From contig JAIRUC010000148.1 of NCBI GenBank assembly GCA_031254615.1, positions 1 to 41,165 of the forward strand: a stretch of 41,165 bases of DNA, read 5' to 3'. Below, in pieces: positions 1-9,171 of the stretch. Both the position numbers and the translations under genes were made by a program. This DNA is from Treponema sp. (GTDB lineage Bacteria > Spirochaetota > Spirochaetia > Treponematales > Breznakiellaceae). The first letter of the stretch is position 1; each line of letters begins with the position of its first letter. The notes beneath the pieces are model-generated. The model made no database searches. It worked only from the letters and a program-made list of their open reading frames with translations, and had not been told where the DNA came from.

Positions 1-1
1 G

Positions 2-31
2 TCTTGCCCATCTGTAAACGGATGGGCAAGA
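2..31 (+). terminator. Hairpin, probable terminator of an upstream gene outside the window
   Basis: tcttgcccatctgt-aa-acggatgggcaaga: 14-bp stem with one G.U pair; no clear U-tract. Confidence 0.5.
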
Positions 32-50
32 ATTGCCAATTATCTTTCAC

Positions 51-91
51 AAGAGCACAAAGTTGAAAAGCTTTGTGCTTTTATATAAGGT
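51..91 (+). promoter_or_regulatory. Sigma70-type promoter with an inverted repeat flanking the -35 box
   Basis: TTGAAA (63-68), 17 nt, TAAGGT (86-91); aagagcacaaag (51-62) / ctttgtgctttt (71-82) inverted repeat, 1 mismatch. Confidence 0.45.
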
Positions 92-126
92 ATTTGAAAA
101 CTAATTTTTTAAGGAGAAAAATAATC

Positions 127-1674
127 ATGTTAAAACGCTTTGCGGTATTTTTTCTAATTCTCTGTCCGGCGCTGTACGGTCAAGTCGATAATACTACGGA
201 TTTTGTCGATATTCCGGATTCCAACACTGAAATTTCAACTCCTGGTTCCGTCACTGAACCTGTAACTCCGGTTGTCAGCTCGGAACTTACAACTGGAAAG
301 AGCGCGACGTTAGGTGTAGAAGCTACAACTAAGTTTGCCATGGATATTGATAATAAAACCACAGGCCTTGAAACAAAGGCGGGTATAGAACTAATATTCC
401 CTCTCTTTCCCAAATCTGATATGGGCGTTAATTCAAATAATTTTGACCAGCCGGCAGTCCGCTTGGCCTTAAAAAACGCTGCCTTTACATGGTGGAATAC
501 CTATGAAACTAAGGGCGGCAACTATGAGCAGGACGATTTTAACAGGTGGGGAGCAGGACGGCCGCTTATTTTATCATTTGACAGTTTTTATGCCGATGCG
601 GTTTGGAAAAACTATTTTTTCCGGGTAGCCAGTTCAACAACTGTTATGCAAAATGATATAACAAGCCTTTTTTCCATATTTGACGATGTAATGGATGCAA
701 ACGATCGCTGGTATTATCGCAGAGCCATAACACGGGCGCTGTGGCATACGGAACGTTATAATATACAGGACCTTCCTTTACTTAAAGACAAGATTGTCCG
801 AAATTATACTGATGATGATTACCGCGGGGCTATTTCGGGAATGCTTGCCGTAGGCGCGGAATTTGATAAATTTACCGCCGCAGTTAAAGCCGCTTCAAAC
901 AAAAACGGCATTGAAAACACGGACAATGCCTGGCTTTTTGGGGCGGACATTGAGGTAGTCCCAATAGATAATTTTAAAATAGCCCTAACCGGACTTATAG
1001 GGAAAGACTATGAAAAAACTACAGTAGGAAAAAACCCCTTGGATTTTGGCGCTTCGGTTGAATACCGCATTCCCCTTTCTGATTCAGACAGATATTTTTT
1101 AACGCCCAAAGCAGGTTTTGATTTTATAAGGGATACAGAAACAGGCGACAGCGAATGGGAGCTGGGAGCTGGAATTCTGTTACATACACGCGGTTTTGAT
1201 TATACCACTTCCAGCCGGATATTGGATTGGGATGATATAATTCCCGTAGGTTTTTCTGCGTCGATGAACATGAATCATGATTCAGGGATAAATGCAATGG
1301 TATCATGGTTTGATCCTGCAGGGCCGGATTCCATGCTGCCCAATTTTGGCGGTTTCCTGCAATTGGAACTGGGAAATATATTGGAAGCAAATGATGAAAA
1401 ATCCGCTTTGGGAATTTTGGCGCAGTTGGAATATATGATCGCCGGAAAATTCACCCCCTATATCCGGGGCGGGTATACGCCGGAATTTCAAAACAATAGC
1501 ACCACCGCAATAACCGGCGATTATCTGATCAAAGCGGCTATTGGCTGTTTTATGACCCCAATACATTTCTTTTCTGTTGATCTGCGTTATGAGATGGACA
1601 CCAAGCTGCTTGACTCGGGAGGTACGGAAAATCTGGGAAATATGCTTAACCTCGTATTTACAATACGAATGTAA
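127..1674 (+). CDS. Msp/Tpr-like outer-membrane beta-barrel protein (paralog 1)
   Basis: SD aaggag upstream of ATG127; signal peptide, T/P/S-rich linker, Msp-like N-terminal strand motif (ATTKFAMDIDNKTTGL), amphipathic beta strands up to the C-terminus. Confidence 0.65.
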   Translation: MLKRFAVFFLILCPALYGQVDNTTDFVDIPDSNTEISTPGSVTEPVTPVVSSELTTGKSATLGVEATTKFAMDIDNKTTGLETKAGIELIFPLFPKSDMGVNSNNFDQPAVRLALKNAAFTWWNTYETKGGNYEQDDFNRWGAGRPLILSFDSFYADAVWKNYFFRVASSTTVMQNDITSLFSIFDDVMDANDRWYYRRAITRALWHTERYNIQDLPLLKDKIVRNYTDDDYRGAISGMLAVGAEFDKFTAAVKAASNKNGIENTDNAWLFGADIEVVPIDNFKIALTGLIGKDYEKTTVGKNPLDFGASVEYRIPLSDSDRYFLTPKAGFDFIRDTETGDSEWELGAGILLHTRGFDYTTSSRILDWDDIIPVGFSASMNMNHDSGINAMVSWFDPAGPDSMLPNFGGFLQLELGNILEANDEKSALGILAQLEYMIAGKFTPYIRGGYTPEFQNNSTTAITGDYLIKAAIGCFMTPIHFFSVDLRYEMDTKLLDSGGTENLGNMLNLVFTIRM

Positions 1675-1689
1675 GATAAGGGGTATAAC

Positions 1690-3276
1690 ATGAAGAAAAT
1701 TTTATTTGCAGCACTGTTATTGAGCGGCGCATTGATTTTTGCAGAAACTCCTATTCCGTTTTTTGGAGGCAGTAATTTAACCATAGATGTCGATACTACC
1801 TTTTCCACTAATGTAGAAAACCGCTCAACCGGACTGTTGACTGATGTAGGTATAGGCCTTTGGTTTGAGTATGTTCCCTATCAGGACAGAAACATTACTC
1901 CTCAGCAGGATGTTTTGTCAGTTTCCCTTAAACTTGCCAATTCCGCTTTCTATGCATGGCGTGGTTATAACTTAAATCCCCCCGCAATGTATGACGGCGA
2001 TCAAACGCCGTCTGATATACAAGGGGATGGGGATCAGGCAACCAGTATCTGGTTTGACACTTTTATAGCTCAGCTTGAGTATAACCAATGGTGGGTAAGG
2101 ATTTCCGGTATAGAACCGGAATTGACATTATCACAAGCGTCGATAAGGTCTGCGCTGGATCCAATAATGGGCAACCGTACAGATATATCAAAGAACCGGA
2201 TTCCTCTGCCTCTTTTCTATGTTCCGGGTAACGCGGTTGGCGGCAGTTGGTCGCATGGCTCACCTGGTATTACCTCTTTAATAAACCGCGATATTGTACA
2301 CCTTGACCGCCGTGAAGTGGAAATAGCCGGGAATTTAAGCGCAGGAATGAAGGGCGAAATATTTGACTTTTTGGTTAAAGCCGGCTCATGGAAATCAGCT
2401 GAAGAAAATGTCGATAATTCATGGGTAGCGGGAGCGGATATTAACTGGCGTCCCGATTTAGCAAGTTCAATAAAATTTTCATTTTTAACTGCCATACATT
2501 ACGGCACCGTAACACGCAGGGGAGGAGTTGCAAATCAGGAAGAAGTCCCCGACCCGATCTCAAACCCTGAGGCGCTGATAGAAAACCCGTTGGCTTTTGG
2601 GCTTGGTTACGAGTATAGGATCAATCTTCCCGGACGGATGGTTATAAAACCTTACGCCGGTGTTGATTTTATTTATGAGACCCAAGGCGGGGAATACAGT
2701 TATGAAATTGGCGGCGGCATTCAATGGTTTTTTCGTGGGTCTGGCGCCCAATACAAGCGCAATGACAAAATCGGCGGCGTTCAGTTAGGCGATTGTGATT
2801 TACCTGTAGCCTTTATCGCAGGAATGAATGTTGATAAAAACGGTTTTTGCAACGCAATCTTCAGTCTCAATGAAGACCCTCGTTCTTCCCTTATTCCGAA
2901 TCTGGGCGGCTGGTTTCAGTTTGAATTGATGAACATTACCGGAAAAGAGTACAAAGCGCCGGACGGAAAAAATTACGACGATTTTATGTTTGGCGGTATA
3001 GCCCAAATTGAATATCTCGTAACCAATAGAATAATGCCTTATGTCTTTGCAAAAGTAGTTCCCGCAAACACAAAACTTATAACAGCGCTGAATATTGCAC
3101 CGGTTTACGATAAGGACTATACCAGCCTTAACTCAAAAGTAGGATGCCGGCTGACACCATTTGATTTCTTTTCTATCGATCTATGGTATGAAAAAACAGA
3201 TATTCGTTTTAAAGATGAATGGACAATGGACCAAGGCACTATTTCAGTTAACTTTGGGATCAAAAACTATTTCTGA
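1690..3276 (+). CDS. Msp/Tpr-like outer-membrane beta-barrel protein (paralog 2)
   Basis: Signal peptide, terminal Phe (NFGIKNYF); colinear motifs with paralog 1 (LIPNLGGWFQFELMNI vs MLPNFGGFLQLELGNI; GCRLTPFDFFSIDLWYE vs GCFMTPIHFFSVDLRYE). Confidence 0.68.
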   Translation: MKKILFAALLLSGALIFAETPIPFFGGSNLTIDVDTTFSTNVENRSTGLLTDVGIGLWFEYVPYQDRNITPQQDVLSVSLKLANSAFYAWRGYNLNPPAMYDGDQTPSDIQGDGDQATSIWFDTFIAQLEYNQWWVRISGIEPELTLSQASIRSALDPIMGNRTDISKNRIPLPLFYVPGNAVGGSWSHGSPGITSLINRDIVHLDRREVEIAGNLSAGMKGEIFDFLVKAGSWKSAEENVDNSWVAGADINWRPDLASSIKFSFLTAIHYGTVTRRGGVANQEEVPDPISNPEALIENPLAFGLGYEYRINLPGRMVIKPYAGVDFIYETQGGEYSYEIGGGIQWFFRGSGAQYKRNDKIGGVQLGDCDLPVAFIAGMNVDKNGFCNAIFSLNEDPRSSLIPNLGGWFQFELMNITGKEYKAPDGKNYDDFMFGGIAQIEYLVTNRIMPYVFAKVVPANTKLITALNIAPVYDKDYTSLNSKVGCRLTPFDFFSIDLWYEKTDIRFKDEWTMDQGTISVNFGIKNYF

Positions 3277-3303
3277 TGAATAAGGAGATTGATTGGGCTT
3301 GAT

Positions 3304-4458
3304 ATGAAGCGATTTTTTTTGTTCACGAGCATTGTAATTTTGCTGAGTTCCTGTCCTTTTGCAAAGGAAGATGAAACAGACCTTTTAGGTTTTCCGGGAT
3401 GGGGCTTGGGGGTAAATATAGGTAACACTTTTGACAGCCTCAGCACTGATGGCATTGCAGGGGAAACAGGTTGGGGTAATCCGCAGGTAAGCCGCGGGCT
3501 TATCAAGGCATTGAAATCGCATGGATTCAAAACAGTACGGCTGCCTGTAAGCTGGGTCGACTATATGGACGATCCTCCGAATTATACTATTGATTCAACA
3601 TGGATGAAACGTGTTGAAGAAGTGGTAAACTGGATACTTGCGGAGGATATGTATTGTATTCTGAACCTGCACCATGACGGCGGTGGAACAGAAACCAATA
3701 ACGCGAAGTACTGGATAAAAAAAATCGCGATTCCCGAAAAAGAAGAAGAGGTAACCGCACGTTTCGTTAAAGTGTGGAATCAAATAGCCACGCAATTCCG
3801 TAATTCTTCCGACAAATTAATTTTAGAATCCATGAATGAAGTGGGCTTTGATAGTCTGTGGAACCGTTATGCGGGTGGTCAGGCGGAGGGAAAAGCTGAA
3901 GCATTCCGGCTGCTCAACAAACTCAATCAAAAATTTGTTGATACGGTGCGCGCTACAGGCGGCAAAAATGCAAACCGGCCTTTGCTTATTGCAGGCTACT
4001 GGACCGACATAACCAACACCTGTGAACCGCAATTTAAAATGCCGGAAGATACGGCACAAGACAAACTGATCCTTTCTGTTCATTATTATACTCCTTGGAA
4101 TTTTTGCGGCGGAAACAGTACGACTTGGGGAACACCCGCACATATCAATGAGCTTAACAATTTGTTCGGGAAGCTCCAAACCAATTTTATTGACAAAGGT
4201 ATACCGATTATCCTTGGCGAATACGGAGTAGATATAAAATCAGGAAGTACTGTTAAGGACCCGGCATCCCGTGTAAAATGGATGGTCGAAGTAACGCAAA
4301 TCTGCCTTGATAAAGGTATTTGTCCGGTACTTTGGGATACCGGTATGAGATCCGATAACCAAGGTATGGCCGACATTCAACGTGAATCGCCATTTGCCAT
4401 AAGCAAAGACCTTAAGGATATGCTGAAAGGACTGAAAAGCCCCGAACCGGAGGAATAA
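3304..4458 (+). CDS. GH5 (subfamily 4-like) endoglucanase/xyloglucanase lipoprotein
   Basis: GVNIGNTFD, ETGWGNP, VRLPVSW, ILNLHHD, ESMNE acid/base, HYY, ILGEYG nucleophile, WD; lipobox LSSC; start uncertain (3289 or 3304). Confidence 0.9.
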   Translation: MKRFFLFTSIVILLSSCPFAKEDETDLLGFPGWGLGVNIGNTFDSLSTDGIAGETGWGNPQVSRGLIKALKSHGFKTVRLPVSWVDYMDDPPNYTIDSTWMKRVEEVVNWILAEDMYCILNLHHDGGGTETNNAKYWIKKIAIPEKEEEVTARFVKVWNQIATQFRNSSDKLILESMNEVGFDSLWNRYAGGQAEGKAEAFRLLNKLNQKFVDTVRATGGKNANRPLLIAGYWTDITNTCEPQFKMPEDTAQDKLILSVHYYTPWNFCGGNSTTWGTPAHINELNNLFGKLQTNFIDKGIPIILGEYGVDIKSGSTVKDPASRVKWMVEVTQICLDKGICPVLWDTGMRSDNQGMADIQRESPFAISKDLKDMLKGLKSPEPEE

Positions 4459-5606
4459 TGATACAAAAAATGTATAGAAACTTTTTTTTAGCAGGTCTTG
4501 TTATTGCGCTGGTTTCCTGTAAAACAGCGGACAGTAAGCCTGCCGTACAGATACCGGACAATCCTGCCACGGCAATTGTTCAGAACATGGGTATTGGGGT
4601 AAACATCGGCAATACATTGGATTGTATCGGAACGAATACATGGCTTGCCGGAGAGACAGGGTGGGGGAATCCAAAAATCACAAAGGAATTTATCGCCGCC
4701 TTAAAAAATTGCGGTTACACGACAATTCGTCTTCCGGTTACATGGGCGGAAAATATGGGGCCGCCTCCGGATTATACTATCACTGAAACATGGATGAGCC
4801 GCGTTGAAGAAGTTGTAAACTGGATACTTGCCGAAGATATGTACTGTATTCTGAACCTGCACCATGACGGCGGAGAGAGCGACAAAAGCTGGATTCTGAA
4901 AGCCGGAGACGATCCTGTTGGCGTAACAAAACAATTTGCCGCGGTCTGGAAACAAATCTCCGGACGTTTTTCCGGCGCTTCCGACAAATTGATATTCGAG
5001 GCCATGAACGAAGTTGGCTTTAAAATGTGGAATCAATGGGACGCTTCTACCAAAGATAAAAAGCCTGAAGCCTACCGGATACTGAACGGCCTTAATCAGG
5101 CTTTTGTTGACACTGTTCGCGTAACAGGCGGCAATAATCCTTCGCGGTTTCTCCTTGTTTCCGGTTACTACACCGACATTGATTCAACCTGCGATCCGCT
5201 TTTTAAAATGCCAACCGACACGACAGATGACAGGCTGATCCTCTCACTGCATTATTACACTCCGGCGACTTTTTGCATTCTGGACAAAGATGAATCCTGG
5301 GGCAAAAATCAAACCAACTGGGGAAGCGACGCGGATTATGCGGAGCTTTACAGGCAATTTGATAAAATGCGGGAACATTTTATTGACAGGGGAGTTCCTG
5401 TTATACTGGGCGAGTACGGGGTAAACTTTAACAACAAGATCGAGGCGGCCCGTACACGGTGGATAACCGCTGTTACGCAAAACTGTCTTGATAACGGTAT
5501 ATGCCCTGTATTCTGGGACACCGGCAATGACATTAAACGCGATCCGTCAACTTCTTACGCGATGAGCGGCGCCCTTAAAGAAGTGTGGAAAAACATAAAA
5601 AAATGA
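4458..5606 (+). CDS. GH5 (subfamily 4-like) endoglucanase/xyloglucanase lipoprotein, tandem paralog
   Basis: Same GH5 motifs (EAMNE, ILGEYG, FWD); lipobox LVSC; TAATG coupling with the previous gene. Confidence 0.9.
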   Translation: MIQKMYRNFFLAGLVIALVSCKTADSKPAVQIPDNPATAIVQNMGIGVNIGNTLDCIGTNTWLAGETGWGNPKITKEFIAALKNCGYTTIRLPVTWAENMGPPPDYTITETWMSRVEEVVNWILAEDMYCILNLHHDGGESDKSWILKAGDDPVGVTKQFAAVWKQISGRFSGASDKLIFEAMNEVGFKMWNQWDASTKDKKPEAYRILNGLNQAFVDTVRVTGGNNPSRFLLVSGYYTDIDSTCDPLFKMPTDTTDDRLILSLHYYTPATFCILDKDESWGKNQTNWGSDADYAELYRQFDKMREHFIDRGVPVILGEYGVNFNNKIEAARTRWITAVTQNCLDNGICPVFWDTGNDIKRDPSTSYAMSGALKEVWKNIKK

Positions 5607-7873
5607 ACAATAAAATTGTTTTTGATGCCCCTGCCGCCAAATGGGAAGAAGCTTTGCCATTGGGAAACGGCAGACTTGGGGCTATGATTTTCGGTTCTCC
5701 TGACCGGGAAAAAATTCAGTTGAACGAAGATTCTGTCTGGTCGGGTCAATTCAGCGACCGCAATAATCCTGCGGCGAAAGAAGCGCTTGCGGCAGTGCGG
5801 CGTTTAATAGACGAAGGCCGTATTCGTGAAGCGGAAGATCTTTGCCTTGAAAGTTTCAGCGGAATTCCCCAGTTTCTGCGGGTATACCAGAGCGCTGGCG
5901 AACTTTTGATCAGTTTCTCCCCGCAAGGTTTTTTTGGCCATCCGTTGTCGGGAACACGCGACGGTCCGCTTTTGAAGGACATTAGCAACTACCGCCGGGA
6001 ACTGGATATAAGTAATGGTTTGCATACCCTTTCTTTTGAATATGCCGGCGCGATATTTACACGGGAATGTTTTATTTCAGCTCCCGCCGGTTTGTTGGTA
6101 CTGCGGTTTCGTGCCGCCTCTGCGGACGGCATGCCGCTGTCCGGCAAAATCTCTTTTCGCGCCAACCTTGATCGCGGCGTTTTTTATGATAGGAAGGGAA
6201 ACATTGAAGATGCCGCTTTTATAAGCCGCGATGGAGACATTCCCTTTTGCGCCATGATAAAGGTTATACAGAAAGGAGGGACGCAGAATAGCCGGGGCGG
6301 TTTTATCACGGTAGAACAAACCGATGAAGCTTTGCTTTTTCTTGACATTCGTACCGGTTTTCGTGAAGCGGATTACTTTGCCGCCTGCATTGCCAATATA
6401 AGCCAAACTGCAGCAAAAGCCGGCGTGTCAGGAGACGACATTAATCAGCTTTGGGAGAACCTGCTGGCGGAACAAACATGCGAATACCGCTCATGGTACG
6501 ATCGTTCGGAACTGGAGATAGACGGCGCACATTTCGCCGTAAGATATTTCAATTTCTGCCGTTATCTGCTAATTTCGTGCAGCAGACCAGATACATTGCC
6601 GGCGAATTTACAGGGGTTATGGAATTATCATTTGGATCCGCCCTGGGGTTCTGATTACACGATCAACATTAATACTCAGATGAACTATTGGCCTGCCTGT
6701 ATGTGCAATCTTGCGGAAACCGAGGAGCCGCTTTTTGATCTTCTTGAACGAATGTACCCTAACGGAAAAAAGACGGCAAGTGTTATGTACGGCTGCCGGG
6801 GTTTTACCGCCCATCACAATACCGACATTTGGGGAGACACCGCCTCCCGTGATTACTGGATACCGGCCTCCTTTTGGGTTCTGGGAGCGGCGTGGCTTAG
6901 TCTGCATATCTTTGACCACTATGAGTATACACAGGACATGGTTTTTCTTAAGAAATATTTTTATCTGTTAAAGGAAGCCAGCCTATTTTTTGTTGATTTT
7001 CTGATTCCGGGCAAACAAAAAAATGAGGCAGGGGAGAGCTGCCTGATAGTTTCTCCCGCGTCTTCACCGGAAAATAGTTATTTGCTTAACGGCGATACTG
7101 CCAGCCTTAGCGCCGGCTGTGAAATGGACAACCAAATCCTGCGCAAATTGTTTGACGTAACAATCCGTTCATCGGAAATTCTTGAAATTGCAGATAACGA
7201 CACGGAAATATTCCGTTCGGTTCTGAAGCGAATACCGCCTCCTGCGATTCATTCCAATGGAACTATCTGCGAATGGCTCGAAGAATACGAAGAAGCCGAG
7301 CCGGGACACCGTCATTTTGCTCCTGTTTGGGCGCTATGGCCAGGAGACACAATTACCGTGGATGAAACGCCTGAATTGGCCTGCGCCGCAAGAAAAACCT
7401 TGGAACGCCGCCTTGCCCACAGCGGCGGGCATACCGGCTGGAGCAGGGCATGGCTTGTCAATTTTATGGCGCGCCTGAGAGACGGCCAGTCCGCCATGGA
7501 AAACCTTGACGCCCTGTTCAGCGAATTTACCCTGCCCAATCTTTTTAACGACGGCCCTCCTTTTCAGATAGACGGCAACTTCGGCGCGTTATCCGGAATG
7601 ACACAGATGCTCGTTCAGAGCCGTATCCGTTACAGTGATACAAATGTTGCCACGGTTTTGCTCGATCTGCTCCCCGCCCTGCCGAAAAACTGGGCAAAAG
7701 GCCGCGCAAAGGGGATACGCGCCAAAGGAAACCTTGAACTCGATTTTGAATGGCGGGACGGGCGGCTTGTTTCGCTCGTTATACGCAACAACGGAAAGGC
7801 GATTCCTGTTTCAATTAACGCGGAAGCAAAGAGGGAACTGCTGCTTGAACCGGGAGAAACTGTCGTTTTTTAA
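5603..7873 (+). CDS. GH95 alpha-L-fucosidase/alpha-L-galactosidase family
   Basis: WEEALPLGNGRLGAM, LNEDSVWSG, PANLQGLWN, YTININTQMNYW, GWSRAW, PPFQIDGNFG; ATGA overlap; no signal peptide. Confidence 0.92.
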   Translation: MNNKIVFDAPAAKWEEALPLGNGRLGAMIFGSPDREKIQLNEDSVWSGQFSDRNNPAAKEALAAVRRLIDEGRIREAEDLCLESFSGIPQFLRVYQSAGELLISFSPQGFFGHPLSGTRDGPLLKDISNYRRELDISNGLHTLSFEYAGAIFTRECFISAPAGLLVLRFRAASADGMPLSGKISFRANLDRGVFYDRKGNIEDAAFISRDGDIPFCAMIKVIQKGGTQNSRGGFITVEQTDEALLFLDIRTGFREADYFAACIANISQTAAKAGVSGDDINQLWENLLAEQTCEYRSWYDRSELEIDGAHFAVRYFNFCRYLLISCSRPDTLPANLQGLWNYHLDPPWGSDYTININTQMNYWPACMCNLAETEEPLFDLLERMYPNGKKTASVMYGCRGFTAHHNTDIWGDTASRDYWIPASFWVLGAAWLSLHIFDHYEYTQDMVFLKKYFYLLKEASLFFVDFLIPGKQKNEAGESCLIVSPASSPENSYLLNGDTASLSAGCEMDNQILRKLFDVTIRSSEILEIADNDTEIFRSVLKRIPPPAIHSNGTICEWLEEYEEAEPGHRHFAPVWALWPGDTITVDETPELACAARKTLERRLAHSGGHTGWSRAWLVNFMARLRDGQSAMENLDALFSEFTLPNLFNDGPPFQIDGNFGALSGMTQMLVQSRIRYSDTNVATVLLDLLPALPKNWAKGRAKGIRAKGNLELDFEWRDGRLVSLVIRNNGKAIPVSINAEAKRELLLEPGETVVF

Positions 7874-9066
7874 TCATTGGTGTAAATAATATCTCCGCCA
7901 ACCATGACCAGACGTATAATAAAATCTTTATCGAAAACGGTAATATCCGCCAGTTTGCCGGGAATTATCGCTCCCTGCTGTGTGTAGCGCATAACTTCTG
8001 CGGGATTGAATGATGCAGTCTTAACCGCGTCTTCAATAGTGAAATTTTCGGCTATCAGGTTTTGTATTCCCCTGATCATTGAAAGTCCCGATCCGGCAAT
8101 AACATCATCCGATACGCGGCGGAAAGCCCCGTCACGGAAAATAACTTCATCACCGTTGGCAAAAAAGGGGCCTTCTTTCTGGCCTGTCGGTTTAAGCCCG
8201 TCCGTTATCAGCACAATTTTATCAATAGGTTTATTGCGGGAAAGCAGTTTTAACAAATTGGGATGCACATGAAAACCATCTGCGATAATTTCACACGACA
8301 TTTCGGTGTGAATTAATATTGCGCCTACCGCGTTGGGATTACGATGATCCAGACGCCTCATGGCGTTGAACAGATGGGTTGAATGGAGAATACCTGCCTG
8401 CATACCTTCCACCATGTTATCGTAACTTGCGTTTGTGTGTCCTGCCTGAAGGACAATTCCCTTTTTTATGCAAAACAAAGCAAGCTCCCTCATTCCTTTC
8501 AGTTCAGGCGCGACGGTCATATTGACGATATGTCCCTCGGAAGCTTCCAGAAGCCTTTCCATAAGATCGATATCAACGGGACAAATCGTTTCGGGTCTTA
8601 ACACGCCTGCGCGTAACGGAGAAATAAAGGGCCCTTCAAGATGAAGTCCCATTATTCTTGCACCTTCTTCTTTGCCGATAACGGAGGAAATTTCCCTGAT
8701 TGTCCGCAGCAGTTTTTCAGGTTCGGCCGGGTACAGTGTTGGGTTAAACGCGGTAACCCCCTGTTCCGCAAGCAGCCGGGACATGGCAAGTACGGATTCG
8801 CCGCTTGTTTGCGGGGAATTATTTGAGAAGGAATCATCTGTTCCAAAGCCGCCGATTCCGTGAATATGCGTGTCAATAAATCCGGGGACAATATATGCGC
8901 CGTTTACATCAATAATGCGGATATTGGCGTTAAAATTATGCCGCTCGAAACGTTTTTCAGAAAACACGTCGGAAACAACGCCGTCTTCAACGATGACCGC
9001 GCAGTGTTCCATTGCAGCAAAACTGGTTAAAACTGTTCCGTTATGCAAACATATCGTCGTTTTCAT
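7870..9066 (-). CDS. nagA: N-acetylglucosamine-6-phosphate deacetylase
   Basis: PGFIDTHIHG, GLHLEGPFIS, GHTNA, THLFNAM, IADGFHVHP, LITDG. Confidence 0.95.
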   Translation of the reverse strand: MKTTICLHNGTVLTSFAAMEHCAVIVEDGVVSDVFSEKRFERHNFNANIRIIDVNGAYIVPGFIDTHIHGIGGFGTDDSFSNNSPQTSGESVLAMSRLLAEQGVTAFNPTLYPAEPEKLLRTIREISSVIGKEEGARIMGLHLEGPFISPLRAGVLRPETICPVDIDLMERLLEASEGHIVNMTVAPELKGMRELALFCIKKGIVLQAGHTNASYDNMVEGMQAGILHSTHLFNAMRRLDHRNPNAVGAILIHTEMSCEIIADGFHVHPNLLKLLSRNKPIDKIVLITDGLKPTGQKEGPFFANGDEVIFRDGAFRRVSDDVIAGSGLSMIRGIQNLIAENFTIEDAVKTASFNPAEVMRYTQQGAIIPGKLADITVFDKDFIIRLVMVGGDIIYTND

Positions 9067-9072
9067 ATCTTA

Positions 9073-9102
9073 ATTATAGCGGGAAACCCGCGGCTTTTCC
9101 AA
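9073..9102 (-). promoter_or_regulatory. nagA promoter, leaderless geometry
   Basis: TTGGAA, 18 nt, TATAAT, 6 nt, ATG; no SD. Confidence 0.6.
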
Positions 9103-9171
9103 CGGTCTTTGTTTTTTGAGTTACCGCAGGAAAGCCGCCCCCGGTTGGGGACGGCCTGAAATTTTTATAAA

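Noticed and set aside
3613-4873. Gene conversion between GH5 paralogs (67/71 identical block at 3613-3683 and 4803-4873)
   Set aside because: All four differences are synonymous in a conserved motif; purifying selection is sufficient
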